This document shows, piece by piece, positions 30,601 through 43,095 of a stretch of DNA of 64,000 nucleotides (position 1 is the first letter of the stretch; every line of letters begins with the position of its first letter). The notes under the pieces are model-generated. The model saw only the letters and a program-made list of their open reading frames with translations, was not told where the DNA came from and ran no database searches. Source of the DNA: Tubiluchus corallicola (lineage: Eukaryota > Animalia > Priapulida); contig JAQGDQ010000210.1 of assembly GCA_030141605.1 (NCBI GenBank), positions 1 through 64,000 on the forward strand, in the 5' to 3' direction. Both the position numbers and the translations under genes were made by a program.

Positions 30601-33600
30601 AAGCTGGACGTGTCCCAGGTTGACTTTATCATTCGGTTTGTAATGTCTGTCAACTGAAAAAGGCATTGCTATGAACAAGACTTCTGGAAATTCCTTGTAC
30701 AACTAATTTGCTATTGTTTAAAGGTCCTATGATACTATTTTTTATGTTATTTTCTTTTATAGCGTAGGCGGGAATTGCATATTTCTTAACTTTGAGATAG
30801 CTCTGATGCGTACTTTTATGTGATGTTGTTGCTTAAATTGCGTGCTGTTGGCCCTGCAGCAAATATTACTGCTCGCCATGACATTCAATGGTCTAACGTC
30901 ACACCAGGTAGAGCTTACAGGAAGGTAAGCAGAGCTGAGCAGTCGTTCATACAGAGCAGGCGGAACCAGAGCTGAGCAGTCGTTCATACAGAGCAGGCGG
31001 AACCAGAGCTGAGCAGTCGTTCATACAGAGCAGGCGGAACCAGAAGCTGACACAAGTTAAACTTATCCTTTTAGCAAGGACTACTATACAGGTTGTATAG
31101 TAGTCCTTGCCTTTTACCTAACTCAAAGAAGTGAACTTTTCCTCACATTGAACTGATTCAGAAAACCCCTCCTATGAGTTGGCCATGTATTTTATCTAGA
31201 TCTGCAAAGATTGGCAAATGATACACGAGACATTTCTTTTATACTAATTAGAGCCAAAAGCGTCTTGTCAACACTAATGTGTTTTGTTCAACTTTGCATT
31301 TCCCTAAAATAGATTATACATTGTTGGACGTATAAGTGCATATTATATGCACTGAAAAACATCATGGACATTAGTCTATAGTTGCCACAGACACATGAGT
31401 AATCGAAGACAATGTCGAAGAAACTACGAGAAAACTAAAAAATTACAGAATACGTGTAACGCTATATAGTACATGTATTGCATAACAAAATCTGTTGGAG
31501 AAAGCAAAATTTTTTCATATCTTGTACCAATAAGCACCCAAGACGCTGTGAATGTTTTCGTGTTTTTAATTTAATTTATTACTATATTTTCACATCACAC
31601 ACAAACAATAATTAAAAAATAAATGTTTGCATAAAAAAATCATTAAATCATTGAGGTGTTGGAGACGTCTGGAGTCTAAATTACCTGCTTGTAATCGCCT
31701 ATCAAAAAGTAAAAATCTACTTAAATGCACAGCATTTAATCTAGTTTTAAAATGTTTTGTGGTCTGCGCGGTTACAAGTGGAAATCCATTTACTTTGGCG
31801 GGTACGGTACTTCAGACAGTGACAACCCTGTTTGAGAAAAAGTCACCAAAAGCTTTTTTCTCAGTACGTCTAACAAAGAGTTTGAGCGATTGGTTACTTT
31901 TGGTTTTGTTGATTGCCTTAGTAAAAATTTGTCAAAATCTAGATACAACTCTTTATGAACAATTTTATAGCACCTAACTAAATTTGCTGTATCTATGAAT
32001 ACATAAGAGGAATTCTCGGAGCGGCAACCTACTTGTCTGTATTACCTTCTCTGCAAAAAACCTTTTCCTCAGTAACGGGTTTTTAGGAGGTACTGTTCTG
32101 CGAAGTTCGACGTACCACTTCCTCACCACATACCCCCTCCAACAAGCTTGTATCTTGCACGCTGAGCGAACTCGATTCCACTTTTCACCGTCGTGCACGA
32201 CCCTGGCAGTGTACTGCTGATGGCGACAAACTGGACAACACTTTCTACCCGTGAAACGTTCTAGCGAACGCAAGCATGCCTAAATATTAAAGTACAACTT
32301 CATAAATGCGATTACTGAAACATATTCACTATGAAACAGTGTAAAGGGAAAATTCTTGGCTAAATGGTTACGGTGTCGTGCTTGATGTCTGAAGTTAAGA
32401 TGTCATCGAGATTGGTCAGTTAATGGATGGTTGAACAGCTGTTTACAATTTTATAAAACAATACCAACTTATGAAATAATCGTCTTTTATAAAGGTAGTC
32501 AAATCCACAGTCAGTTATCAATTTAGATGTTTGTAAACCCTTCATTGCTTTACTACACACATAAGCTGCACTTTTCTGAGTTTTCTCTAACATATTTGAC
32601 AAAGAGGAAGGAATATTACAACATGCTGGGTTGGCTTAACCTAAAATGGGCCTGATCGTTGATTTATAAAGATGCTCAAGCACGACACGTCGAACAACAC
32701 GGGATATTTTTTAAAAAGATCGATGCATGACTAGGCCTTTTCAATTATATAGTGTACATGATGTTTCCATTTTAGGCTTGACTAAAAGTAGATGCCTACG
32801 TTTTCAAGGCAATATTGTTTAAGTATGGGGGGGGGGGCTGCAATAGTGGATTGGGCTTACAAGGGAAAAACATGACTTCAGTTCTATCTGGACTAAATAA
32901 TCCATTCCATTGTTTAGACCAAGTGTAAATTTTCGCGAGGTCATTGTTTAACTGAGTGGATCGTGAACAACATCAGTTAATGAGGTGTCGTCAACCCAAA
33001 CAATCTGATATCACATCCAATATTATTTTTCAAGTCGTCAATTCGTCAATAAAGAACAAAAAAGAATAGGTCCTAAAATACAGCCTTGTGGCACTCCTGC
33101 ATTAGCGTAGCTAAAATTTGGATGATTTCTCTTTAATTATGACTCTTTGTTGTCTCTGTGTTAAGCAAAATTCGAGCTGCATTAAAAGGTTGTCTTTGAT
33201 GGCACTTTGCCACAATTTAAATAACAGACCTCTATGCCAGACCCGTCAAAGGCTTTGGACATATCGAGAAATGCTGCTCTTACATCGAAACCATTATCCG
33301 TGGCTTCACAGAGCCTGTGAGTAATAAACATTAGCTGATAGACAGTGCCATTATTGGGTTTAAATCCTGAGTTTCTATTTGTTATCTGGTTATTATCGTT
33401 TAATAAATAGTTATACAAATAGTTATAATTTATTCTTTCTAATACTTTAGACAAACAGGCAAATAAAGAAACAGGTCGGTAATTAGTTTTCAATTGCCGG
33501 TCGCCCTTTTTGAAGATGGGGCACACATTTGCTTTCTTCCATATTTGCTGAAATAGTGAAATAGATAAAGATTTGTGGAATAATTTACATAACGGTGCAA

Positions 33601-36600
33601 TGAAAGAATAAACTGTGTTATGAAGAATGACATTGTTTATATTATCAAAACCATTTGCCTTATTAATATCTAAACTAGCAAACACGTCATAAACTTCTTT
33701 TTCAGTAATGTTTACATTAGATAATTCTGCCTGGGTTTTAAGGAAGAATTGGGAGAGAATATTTGTGGTATACAAAGTCGACTGTTCACAAAAAAGTTAT
33801 TTATAATATTGAGTTTATCCATTTTGCGATATTCCAGTAAACTCCAATATTGCAATCTTGAGTTGCATAAAAATAAACAAGAGACATCACGTGTAAATAT
33901 AGGTTAAAACGCTTACGTCAAACCGGTATGACGATAATATTTATTTATTTATTTATTTATTCATCGTATTATAGTTTTATTGTTCACTTCAGTTTGGTTC
34001 CTGCAATTAGAGAAAATATGTTTCATAGTTTTTGCATTCCTAAGTTTAACTAGGTCTCGCGAGGGGGCCAAAGGAAAAGTCACCGGTAATGATTATAAAT
34101 CTTGGGTAAGAAATTTACCACTTTGGAGTATCCGTCAAACTAGACTTACTAGAGAGCAAAATTTTGCCGCGAGTTACTCTCCAAAAGTAAGCGTGAGCTA
34201 GCACTCACTTCTCTATTCACTGCATGAAGAGTCGAGAGTAACTCGCCAAGTTGTTCACACTGAACAGTAGCTCGCAGCAACTGTGGGATAGTTTGCAACA
34301 AGTTACCATACAGTAACTCGCAAAGCAGTTATATAACTCGACAAAAAACTCGCTAATCTGAGCGAGCTGTTACTCTTTATGACACTTTAGTTAAGGTTTT
34401 TCGCGTTATTTGTTCCTGAAAGAAGGTTATTGCTGAATACCCAGAATGCTTATACTTTCCAAGTATTCCGAGCATTCTAGACTATAATTATCAGTTATTT
34501 CATTACAAGTTATCACTTGAGGACTGTAAACGTTTTGAAAAAATCAGGACAGAGTCTTTGGAAAGCCTTAGATGTTGATCTTGAACCATTGTACGACCAC
34601 AAGGAACGAGTTTGTAGTAAATAAATACTTTATTTTATTTATATAACTAGAATCCAGCTTGCTTTCGAATCTTCGTTACTGTGCTCGTCGTGGTTACTAA
34701 TTTCTTTTCCCGAAAGTTAGAGAATCCAGGTAAGTTTAAATAAAACTAAACTAAAATGATGGCCGAACAACAAATAAGGCAACATTTTGCAAAGGTGCGA
34801 GGTGACACAAAATTTTATGACGGGATTGACATTCTCGCAAACGTTCCCTCAGTATAGAGAGATTAAAAATTAATCTACATCGTAACTAAAACACAATGAT
34901 GAAACGAAATAACATACGCTACATACCAAGTGAAAAACGTGAGAACATGACAACATCACCTACAAAAACAATTTGTTAGTCAGTAATAACTAAACAATGG
35001 CTTTTAGCTACTGAATATATATTGCTTACTTTGGTTACTAACAGGTCCGCTAACAAAATATTACGCATACCGTTCGGTGATTGAGTAACAACCCACTATT
35101 TACAAAAATGATTCTGATCAACCCTTAAGCAAAATAAATTTCAGCGAACAAAAGTTGTTACAGATCCTGATAACAGATGTCGCCGCACGGTATCAGTTCT
35201 TGCTTGGAAACTAGGGTTACTGTAATGGCGCGTTCAGACATTCTCTCTGAGAGTAAAGTTACAACGTGTGAACGGTTTGGCAACTTGTTGCGCAACTTCT
35301 CTCGGTGAGGAAAGTTGTACGTGTGAACGGCTTAGCAACTTCTCTCGCGACTTTACTCTCAGAGAGAAGTTGCGCAACAAGTTGCGAGAGAAGTCCCAAC
35401 GTCTGAACGCGCCATTAGTTAGATCTTGAGTTTCGGGAAGGTAACATCTATCTGTTTCTATACATGCATGATTATACTCCTTTATTTTAAAAGCTGGCTT
35501 ATTAATAGATTTATAATTAAGGAGATTATATAAACTGTCGCCTGTTTGTTTAGGACTGATCTTCGAACCTGCTTTGTGTCAGAGAAATGCTCCTTACAGA
35601 TGACACAGGGATATTTGGAGTCTTCCCGTTTTCTCGATGTCATCTTCACTTTTTCCCATTCATTCTCGTTCAGATGTCCTTCTTGGGAATGGACAATGCC
35701 CAGTTTTTCAGCTGCAAAATTATAGTTTTTTGCTATTGTAACTAACCTGAAAACGGTTAACAAAAACTAATAGAATTTGTTTTATATAAGATACTGATGC
35801 ACTTTTTAACCCACGTTGGTGAACATTTTCATTTAGTTTTGGTTTCCTGGAAGTAGACAGGATTTCCCTGGGATCAATCGCGAAAAATTACAATCGAAGA
35901 GCAAAACCCAGTGATATATTTTTCTGGGCTTTAGTGAATCAAGTCTTATGTAACGAGAATTTAAAAGATTTTGGCAACAAAAATATTGTTTAAGAAATAT
36001 CGCAATTTATTGCAGTTTATAGCAAAACCATATTTTAACACAACTTTCGTGAAAAACATACTTGGAATAAATTTACAATTCCCCACACATTTTAAATACC
36101 CCAACCTTAACCCTAGCCCTAACCCTAACCTTATCTTTATCCTTATTCTAACCCTAACCCTAACCCCAACTTTAGCCCTAACCCTAATCCTAATCCTAAT
36201 TCACAAAGTAATTTCTTGTGTGTGTGGGGAATTGTAAACTTTAGCCATAGATTTTCTATCAAATGTTACTAAACTTTGAGGGGCCCCAGGCTGCAGCCTA
36301 TACAAGCTATACTATCCTATAGGATAATCCAGCTCTGCTTGCAAAGCTTGGGGGGCCCTAGGCTGTAGCCTATACTAACCTATAGGATAATCCAGCTGTG
36401 CTTGCAAAGCTTGAGGGGCCCTAGGCTGCAGCCTATACTATCCTATAGGATAATCCAGCTGTGCTTGCAAAGCTTGAGGGGCCCTAGGCTGCAGCCTATA
36501 CTATCCTATAGGATAGTCCAGCTCTGCTTGCAAAGCTTGAGGGGCCCTAGGCTGTAGCCTATACTAGGCTATGCTAGCCTATAGGATAATCCTAGCCTGG

Positions 36601-37106
36601 CTCATAGTAATTAATAATAAACACATTCGTGACTTTTGATTTTCTTGATGCGATTGTTTTTCATCCGACATGTTTTTCTTGCCCCAGCAGGAGTCGTCTT
36701 GTTGTCTCAGAAATAATGATTTTGCAATTTTGTTGTTGGTAATTAAAAGCAGAATCGTTAAAAATCATGCGCCTGAAGAAGCCCCTGCAACTGTAAGGTA
36801 AAAATGCGTAAATATTACAAACTGTCGGCGAGAATTTGGTAAAAAAACACGAAAAAAATTAAATTTTTTGATAATACCTAATGTAGGTTTAAGTGGCGTA
36901 TCAATCACGTATTCTTCTTTGTCGCTACCCTCAGTTCTGTTTTTCAATTTCAAATTCCGTGTTTGCGACTTGGAGTTCTTATACGTCAACGCTTTCAATT
37001 CATCCTCCTCAACTGAAAGATGTCTTCTAACTATGTGATCTTGAAGGGCAGCCGATAATACGAGCCCATTAGCCCTAACTGTTGCTTCATTCCGTTTAGC
37101 GTACAT
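27643..37106 (-). CDS. RNF32: RING finger protein 32 (two RING-H2 fingers flanking an IQ motif), 392 aa, 6 coding exons
   Basis: Exons 37106-36878, 35711-35569, 34959-34927, 32279-32046, 30653-30492, 28020-27643 total 1179 nt with consistent phases. Motifs [69 protein letters not shown]. Confidence 0.95.
28950..29430 (-). mobile_element. Highly decayed non-LTR reverse transcriptase fragment
   Basis: Minus-strand GIRQ and MLYADDK remnants with frameshifts; boundaries approximate. Confidence 0.5.
30264..30433. repeat. (GT)n/(GC)n alternating purine-pyrimidine microsatellite
   Basis: Seen directly; similar tracts at 44972-45041, 49938-50010 and 53963-54006. Confidence 0.95.
30930..31043. repeat. 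Minisatellite, 3 x 37 bp
   Basis: cagagctgagcagtcgttcatacagagcaggcggaac repeated three times identically. Confidence 0.95.
31075..31109. mobile_element. 35-bp TIR-only element, probable P-superfamily excision footprint
   Basis: CAAGGACTACTATACA-ggt-TGTATAGTAGTCCTTG flanked by the 8-bp direct repeat CCTTTTAG/CCTTTTAC. Confidence 0.65.
32358..32440 (+). mobile_element. Degenerate tRNA/5S-like SINE head fragment
   Basis: GGCTAAATGGTTA (A-box-like) followed by GAAGTTAAG...TTGGTCAGTTAATGGATGGTTGA (5S control-region-like). Confidence 0.4.
32420..33850 (-). mobile_element. CR1-group LINE ORF2 fragment (reverse transcriptase), frameshifted
   Basis: [51 protein letters not shown] and WVDDTSL motifs. 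Confidence 0.9.
35226..35414. mobile_element. Tourist/Harbinger-like MITE
   Basis: Perfect 14-bp TIR TGGCGCGTTCAGAC; TAA/TTA flanks. Confidence 0.85.
36072..36238. repeat. 18-bp inverted repeat enclosing degenerate (CCCTAA)n
   Basis: TTTACAATTCCCCACACA / TGTGTGGGGAATTGTAAA around telomere-like repeats. Confidence 0.8.
36277..36598. repeat. Minisatellite, about 5 x 61 bp
   Basis: Unit gaggggccctaggctgcagcctatactatcctataggataatccagctgtgcttgcaaagctt. Confidence 0.95.
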
Positions 37107-37444
37107 CTGTAAAATAATATACTTAAAGTTGCTGGCTTTTGACACGAGCATAGGATAAAAAACCGCCAGGTGCTGGCTTGGTTAATGGTTACTGCTCGCA
37201 AGGACTTCGTTGGCTATTTATGAAAAATGTGCAGATATTACAAATTATCGTCGAAAATTTCGTAAAAAGCACTAAAAGCAGTTTAATTTTTTGGCAATAC
37301 CTAATGTAGGTTTAAGTGGCGTATCAATCACGTGTTCTTTCTTACATATGTTTAAATATGGAATGAAATATTTTAAATTGAATTGAGTTCATTTATACTG
37401 AACTGAACTGAATTGAATTGAATTTGTTCAGATGCTTTCATTTT

Positions 37445-37900
37445 ACAGAAACGTACAAATACATGGGCACTTTTCTAAACACCGAAGATGACATCAAAAG
37501 TAGAAAAAACAAGCAATGCATGCTTTTCTTGATCACAAGAATGTATTAACTAGCAAGATTTAAGTCTTAACATGAGACTTTGATTATTTAATGCTTTCGT
37601 TACCAGCATATTTATGTACAACAGTTAAACTTGGGGTTTAACTATTACTCAAGAAAAGCAGATTGACACATTTCATAGACGTCTTCTAAGGAAAGTTTTA
37701 ATGATTTAGATGGCTATACAAAAATGAAGATTTATACTGCAGAACGAAGAAATTTCTTGGAGTTCGAAAGTCAAGATTTGAAGATTAAGACGGCTAGGAC
37801 ATCTTCTAAGATTACCAAATGAAGTACCAGTGAGAACAGCCTTAAAGGAAGCTTTAAAACCTTATAGATGGATTGAGACTTCGAAGAAGAAGTTGAAAGT
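37445..37900 (+). mobile_element. Decayed RTE-like LINE fragment (C-terminal part of RT)
   Basis: YKYMGTFL..., LFNAFVTSIFMYNS*TWGLT..IDTFHRRLLRKVL, RLGHLLRLP. Confidence 0.75.
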
Positions 37901-38296
37901 TTACCCGAAATATGAAACGCATGATGCTACGTAAGGGTATTGTAAAGCACTTTAAATACAACAACATTGTGCGTAGGATCTAAGTACATCAATTTACAAC
38001 CTACAAATTTTAATGCACCATATAAGCTGTTAAGCATGTTACGCGTACACTACGTTATGAACATTAAACAAATTCAATTTATTATGTTTATTACACTCAT
38101 TTTGCACTGCATACTACATTACAATCACTGCAACAAACTACAGAAAGCGATTTATCTGTATTACAGTCACGCATACAATTTGATCAAATTCGCAGAATAA
38201 AGGTTAATTGTCATCATTATCATAATAATAGTTGAACATTTATTGCTACACTGTGACATTGTAAGTCAAGAAAAGAGACTACACTTTCGAAGAGAA

Positions 38297-38312
38297 TCAG
38301 TAGATGGCGCTA
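38297..38312 (+). promoter_or_regulatory. CTCF-like motif upstream of RNF32
   Basis: TCAGTAGATGGCGCTA is close to the CTCF consensus. Confidence 0.45.
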
Positions 38313-39338
38313 TTTTCGACATCTACATATTAAGAAAGAAATCTTTATTTGACACCTTTGTAAATGTGGTAAAAGACATTTTTATGATTAACATTTGTTT
38401 ATGAATTATGAATTATGAATTTATTCCACAGCAACTCAAACATACATATAAATTGATATAACATTGAAAAAAAACTATGCGAGTTACTGTGAGGAGGGGG
38501 AAGGAGCATTGAGCTTTCGAGTCCTCTTCCAGGTATAGTTTATAATATATAAATGTTTAATTGATCTGCAAAATTTGTGCTCACGTAGATGCAAATATTC
38601 TCTATAATCATTATGGCAAATATCCTTTCTAGGTTAATAAGCGATTTGACATATTGCGTAATAACGACCAATGTATTTTTCTGGTTATATATAATATTAT
38701 GTACTTATAATTAAGTTAAGCTTTGTCTGCAACTACAGGCACATTAATGTTATGTATTTTAAAATAAAAGATTAATTATCATCATAATAGTTTAATCCAA
38801 AAAGTGGTTAACGTCAATGGTAGGCCATTTTCATTGTACTCATTCCTAAGTTCATTTAACAGTTGAGAAACGTTTTACCTGTGATGCTCTTGCTTTCATT
38901 ATAGAGGTTAACACGCAGAGGTTTTACACTTCGATTGCCTTCTACTTTGAAATAATTCGATTTCTCATTTAAGCATTTAGTTGTTATTGTTACTATGGCG
39001 ACAATGTAACCTAATGCGTTGTTGAGAATTATGTTAACGTTGCGGTAATTTATTAATGCGTTGGAAATGGCTTTCCCAAAATAACCGTTCTTGAATTTTT
39101 AAAGGAGCTTCATAGTTTCTAAAAATTCATTAAAAGAAGTTAACAAGCGTTGGCACAATAACAACATTTTGCGATAAAAAAGAAATGGAAAATTAAAAGA
39201 TCCAAGATGGCGGAGAGAGCCAGCACATTGCAACCAGGCGCCAAACTCAGAAATGGTCGGGACCCATAAGCAACCCTCTTATTTTGGCACTCTAATTTTC
39301 AATGTACACCGTACCACCGTAGGATAGTAGATTGTTCA

Positions 39339-40401
39339 AGGACAAGAAAGGGGGTACCAGAAGTAGGTTTCAGAAAAATCGCCTTAAAAATTGTATTAGT
39401 TTATAGCTATTTTATGCATATATTGTATTCGCGTTGAAAGGGTTTTTTGTTTATTTCCGTTTTAAATCTCCCGCAATACTGTTCCGACCGCACATTTACA
39501 TGACGTCATATACGCACAGCGTAAATCAAGGGAAGAAAAGGAAATGTTAAACCATGCCCCAAAAAACTTTCCATGCAAAGATATGAAAGACTTATGTAAC
39601 TAGAAAAGAAAAATATTAATTATTTAGAATGTTTTCACCAATTGGTAAAATGTTATTGATTCACCTACAGGGTGCACCACTTACTAACCAAAAAACGTAT
39701 TTTCAATCTTATTGACGAGAAATAGTAATTTAAAAGTTTACTTAGTGACGTATGGGCTACGAATGCTCTGATTATTTTTTCAAACTTCACGCAAGGTTAT
39801 CTAAGCTTGTTTCAAACAACTTATCATCAACTTACATCCTTCTTCGTTCCCTCAACTCTCACAGTCTCACTATTTCTCTTCGCACTCTTCGTCTTTCCCC
39901 TTTCGCGCTGTCTGTTTTCCCTTTTTGTGTCGAAGAAACTTCCACGCTGATGAAGCAACCCATATTTATGCAGTTTGGTACGCTAAGAGCAGTGCAAGGC
40001 GATATCCAGCACCTAAGGCAGGTTATTATAGCTAACCACTAAGGACATAATCTTCCCAGATGAGCCAATCGGTGAAAGCATTTTAAATAATTAAATTTCT
40101 TTTCTAGTTACATAATATATAAGTATTTCAGGAAGGTAAGCGAAATGCTAAGTAATATAGATTTGCACGGAAAGTTTTTGAGACATAGTTTAACATTTCC
40201 TTTTCTTTCACTGATTTACGTTGTGCGTAGGTGACGTCATGTAATGGCGCCATCAGAACAGTATTGCGAGAGATTTAAAATGAAAACAAACAAAAATTCC
40301 TTTCAACGCAAGTACGATATATGCATTAAATTGCTGTAAAGTAATGTAATTTTTTAAGGCGATTTCTCTGAAACCTACTTTAGGTACCCTTATCTTGTCC
40401 T
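39339..40401. mobile_element. Long-TIR non-autonomous DNA transposon (Kolobok-like)
   Basis: About 260-300 bp imperfect inverted arms starting AGGACAAGA; flanks TTCA/TTAA. Confidence 0.8.
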
Positions 40402-41654
40402 TTAACTACGTTAGTTAGCAGATGAAACCGTTCGAAATTCTCAGTGGTTAGTTATCAGTTTACTAGCCATTGTTTGCTTCACTTCGCATACGAGCGCATA
40501 TCGTGACCACGCAGCTGAAAACTCGCTGTATTAGGAGCAGAGGATCCTGCTGACTCCTCAGCGGCTGCTTGTTTACTTGCGAGGAGATTAAATCAATTAA
40601 TTTTATTAGCGGAGGCGACTGCGCCATAACCTAAAATCCGCCGCTTAATGAACCAGCATCTTGAGGCTCTGTAATTGAGCATAGTATTTGCATGGACTTA
40701 CCAAGCCTATTCACCACACTCAGAGATGCTTCGATCGCAATCAACGCTGGATTGCATGATTATCGGTAACCATGGCGACGCAGACAACAACGGAAGGGGA
40801 AACAGCGCAACTGCATTACCTGCAGGATGTTAATTACTGGCATGCCAGGTAAGTGCTACTGGTCATGTTCAAGACAGGAAGCGCAAAACACGCGCGAATT
40901 GCTTTGATGGTGTCGTATCAGATGTTTGAAGTCAATACGTGAGTTTGCAGTCACATCATGTGTTCAGTGTTACTAGCTAGGACGATTTGCACTTGTATTA
41001 AAGGTAAGTTGACTTTAATTTCAACTTACAGACAAAACTAATGATGACGATGATGATGAAGAAGATGGTGATGGTGATGTTGATGTTGATGATGATGACG
41101 ATGCTGATGAAGATGATGATAATGATGATGGTATTACTGTTGACGATGAACGATATTGATAGCTGGTAAGATATTGTAGATGTCGAATCAGCAGCAAATT
41201 AAATTTATTGGTACATGTTTATCAACATATCATTACATAATACTCCTACGTTTGTATTTTCTTGTTCACCTAATGACGCTTTAATGCACAATCATTAAGC
41301 CTATAAGACAAAATCGAAATTTCTAAGATTCATTGCATACGTTGCTAAGTTCATACTATTTAACTTTGGGTTCACTGGAGACTGATACTTGTATAATATC
41401 AGCGGGTTTAACAGATTAGACTGGCAAGCTGTATGGCCAGATAGTCCAGATAGTAAACTTATGTAACCATGTCAACCAGAAAGATTTTAAAGAAAATACG
41501 AAAACCCAAAATTCAACATCACGATCAGCAGGAATAGCAGAGAAATCACGGTGAAAGTTGAGCAACCCCAGGCTAGGTAAGTAAACATGTGGGAGTCGAG
41601 AAAGAAAATTCTGCATCTGCCGTCTTGTTATTTCTCTCGCCCAGTACGTACATG

Positions 41655-41906
41655 CAGGGCCTATTTCAAGGGGGGAAGAGGGGATACTTCCCCGGGGCCT
41701 CACCCTCCAGGGGGGCCTCGCGCCAAGTTAACTTTTTTTGCTTTATGCGAACATACTGCCTCCTCTCTCCCTGTCATACTCTCTCTTGCCGCACGCGCGC
41801 CGTTTGCCAGTATTGACAAGTATTAAGGACTGGTCTTGAGAATAAAGCAGTTTATCCTACAACTGCCCCACTTCCCCGGGCCTCGCCTAGGCTGAAATAG
41901 GCCCTG
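41655..41906. mobile_element. hAT-like MITE
   Basis: TIR CAGGGCCTATTTCA; 8-bp TSD CGTACATG/CGTACATA. Confidence 0.9.
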
Positions 41907-42609
41907 CGTACATATGGTTAAATGCCTACGCCAGTCCAGTGTCTCAGAGGATTATCTTTAATATTAGAGGGTTATCCGTGATAATGGGATAAGTTGCGTA
42001 TGCTGTATAATTAAGCAAACAAGCAAATTCAATCAGTAGGCGGCAATTTAACGTGTGGGCGTAGATATTACAGATAGAGCTTCCTTTTTAAAAACAACTA
42101 CGAAGAAACATTGAGAACAAACTAGAAGCCTCAAGAGTTTTTCTTTATATAGATTTTTCAATGGATATGATTATATGATTGCCTGTATACTGTGAAACTG
42201 GCTTCAGGCTTCCAGTGATAATGCTTTATACACAGTTGCTGACAAACGCGATGGCTGGTTGATCATTAGGCGACCACCGTGCTTCTGGTTTACGGTTGCA
42301 AGCAAATATATCACGGTTTACGATTGCAAGCAAATATGGCTTCATTGTATACCTGTGTATAATCACCACCCTGACCTATTGATATAATACACGTATAGAT
42401 TGCACAGGTTTTACAATATTCGTATTGTATAACATACAAGTTTTCCTGATGTTTGTCCTGATGTTGAGCAAATGTTATCGGCTTCTGACTGTTTTAGAAA
42501 CACAGAATCACGCAATGGCCTTTCGCATGGCTCTAACTACACCAGGGGGTTATTTTATTTTTTCCTCTCATGTAAACACAATTGTCTCACGTAAACACTA
42601 GTATCTTCA

Positions 42610-43095
42610 TGTACAATAGTGAAATGTAGAGTTTGACTGCAACAAAGGAAACAGAAATAGACGTGTTTCACGGAGGTCTGCTCAGAAGAATCTTAAAAAT
42701 AAAATGGCCATACATATCATTTCAAGTGAGCAGCTGTATAACAGAGTCAACAGGGTCTCTGGAGCTCTATAATCAGAATGAGAAGGCTAGTCAGAAAAGA
42801 TAGGACATTTAATGTGACTGAAAGAAACAATACCAGTAAGATTAGCATTAAACGAGACACTGAAACCTGCTAAACGACCTCCAGGCAAATCAAAAACAAC
42901 TTAGATATCAAAGAATTAATAGAGATTTACAGCATCTGAGACAAAACTTAACAATAGCATCACAGGAGTAGAAAATTTTACATGCAGACATGAAATAGGT
43001 GGTGGGTGCTCTAATAAAGGATAGAGGCTCAGTGTCTACAGTAGATGTTTGGAGCAACAGAAGAAGTAGAATAAGAAGAAAAAGAAGAAGAAGAT
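42610..43095 (+). mobile_element. RTE-like LINE 3' fragment with (GAA)n tail
   Basis: IDVFHGGLLRRILKIKWP..IGHLM..KRPPGKSKTT remnants followed by AGAAGA repeats. Confidence 0.7.

Noticed and set aside
33182-33775. 197-aa ORF as a host gene
   Set aside because: Fragment of a frameshifted CR1-group reverse transcriptase.
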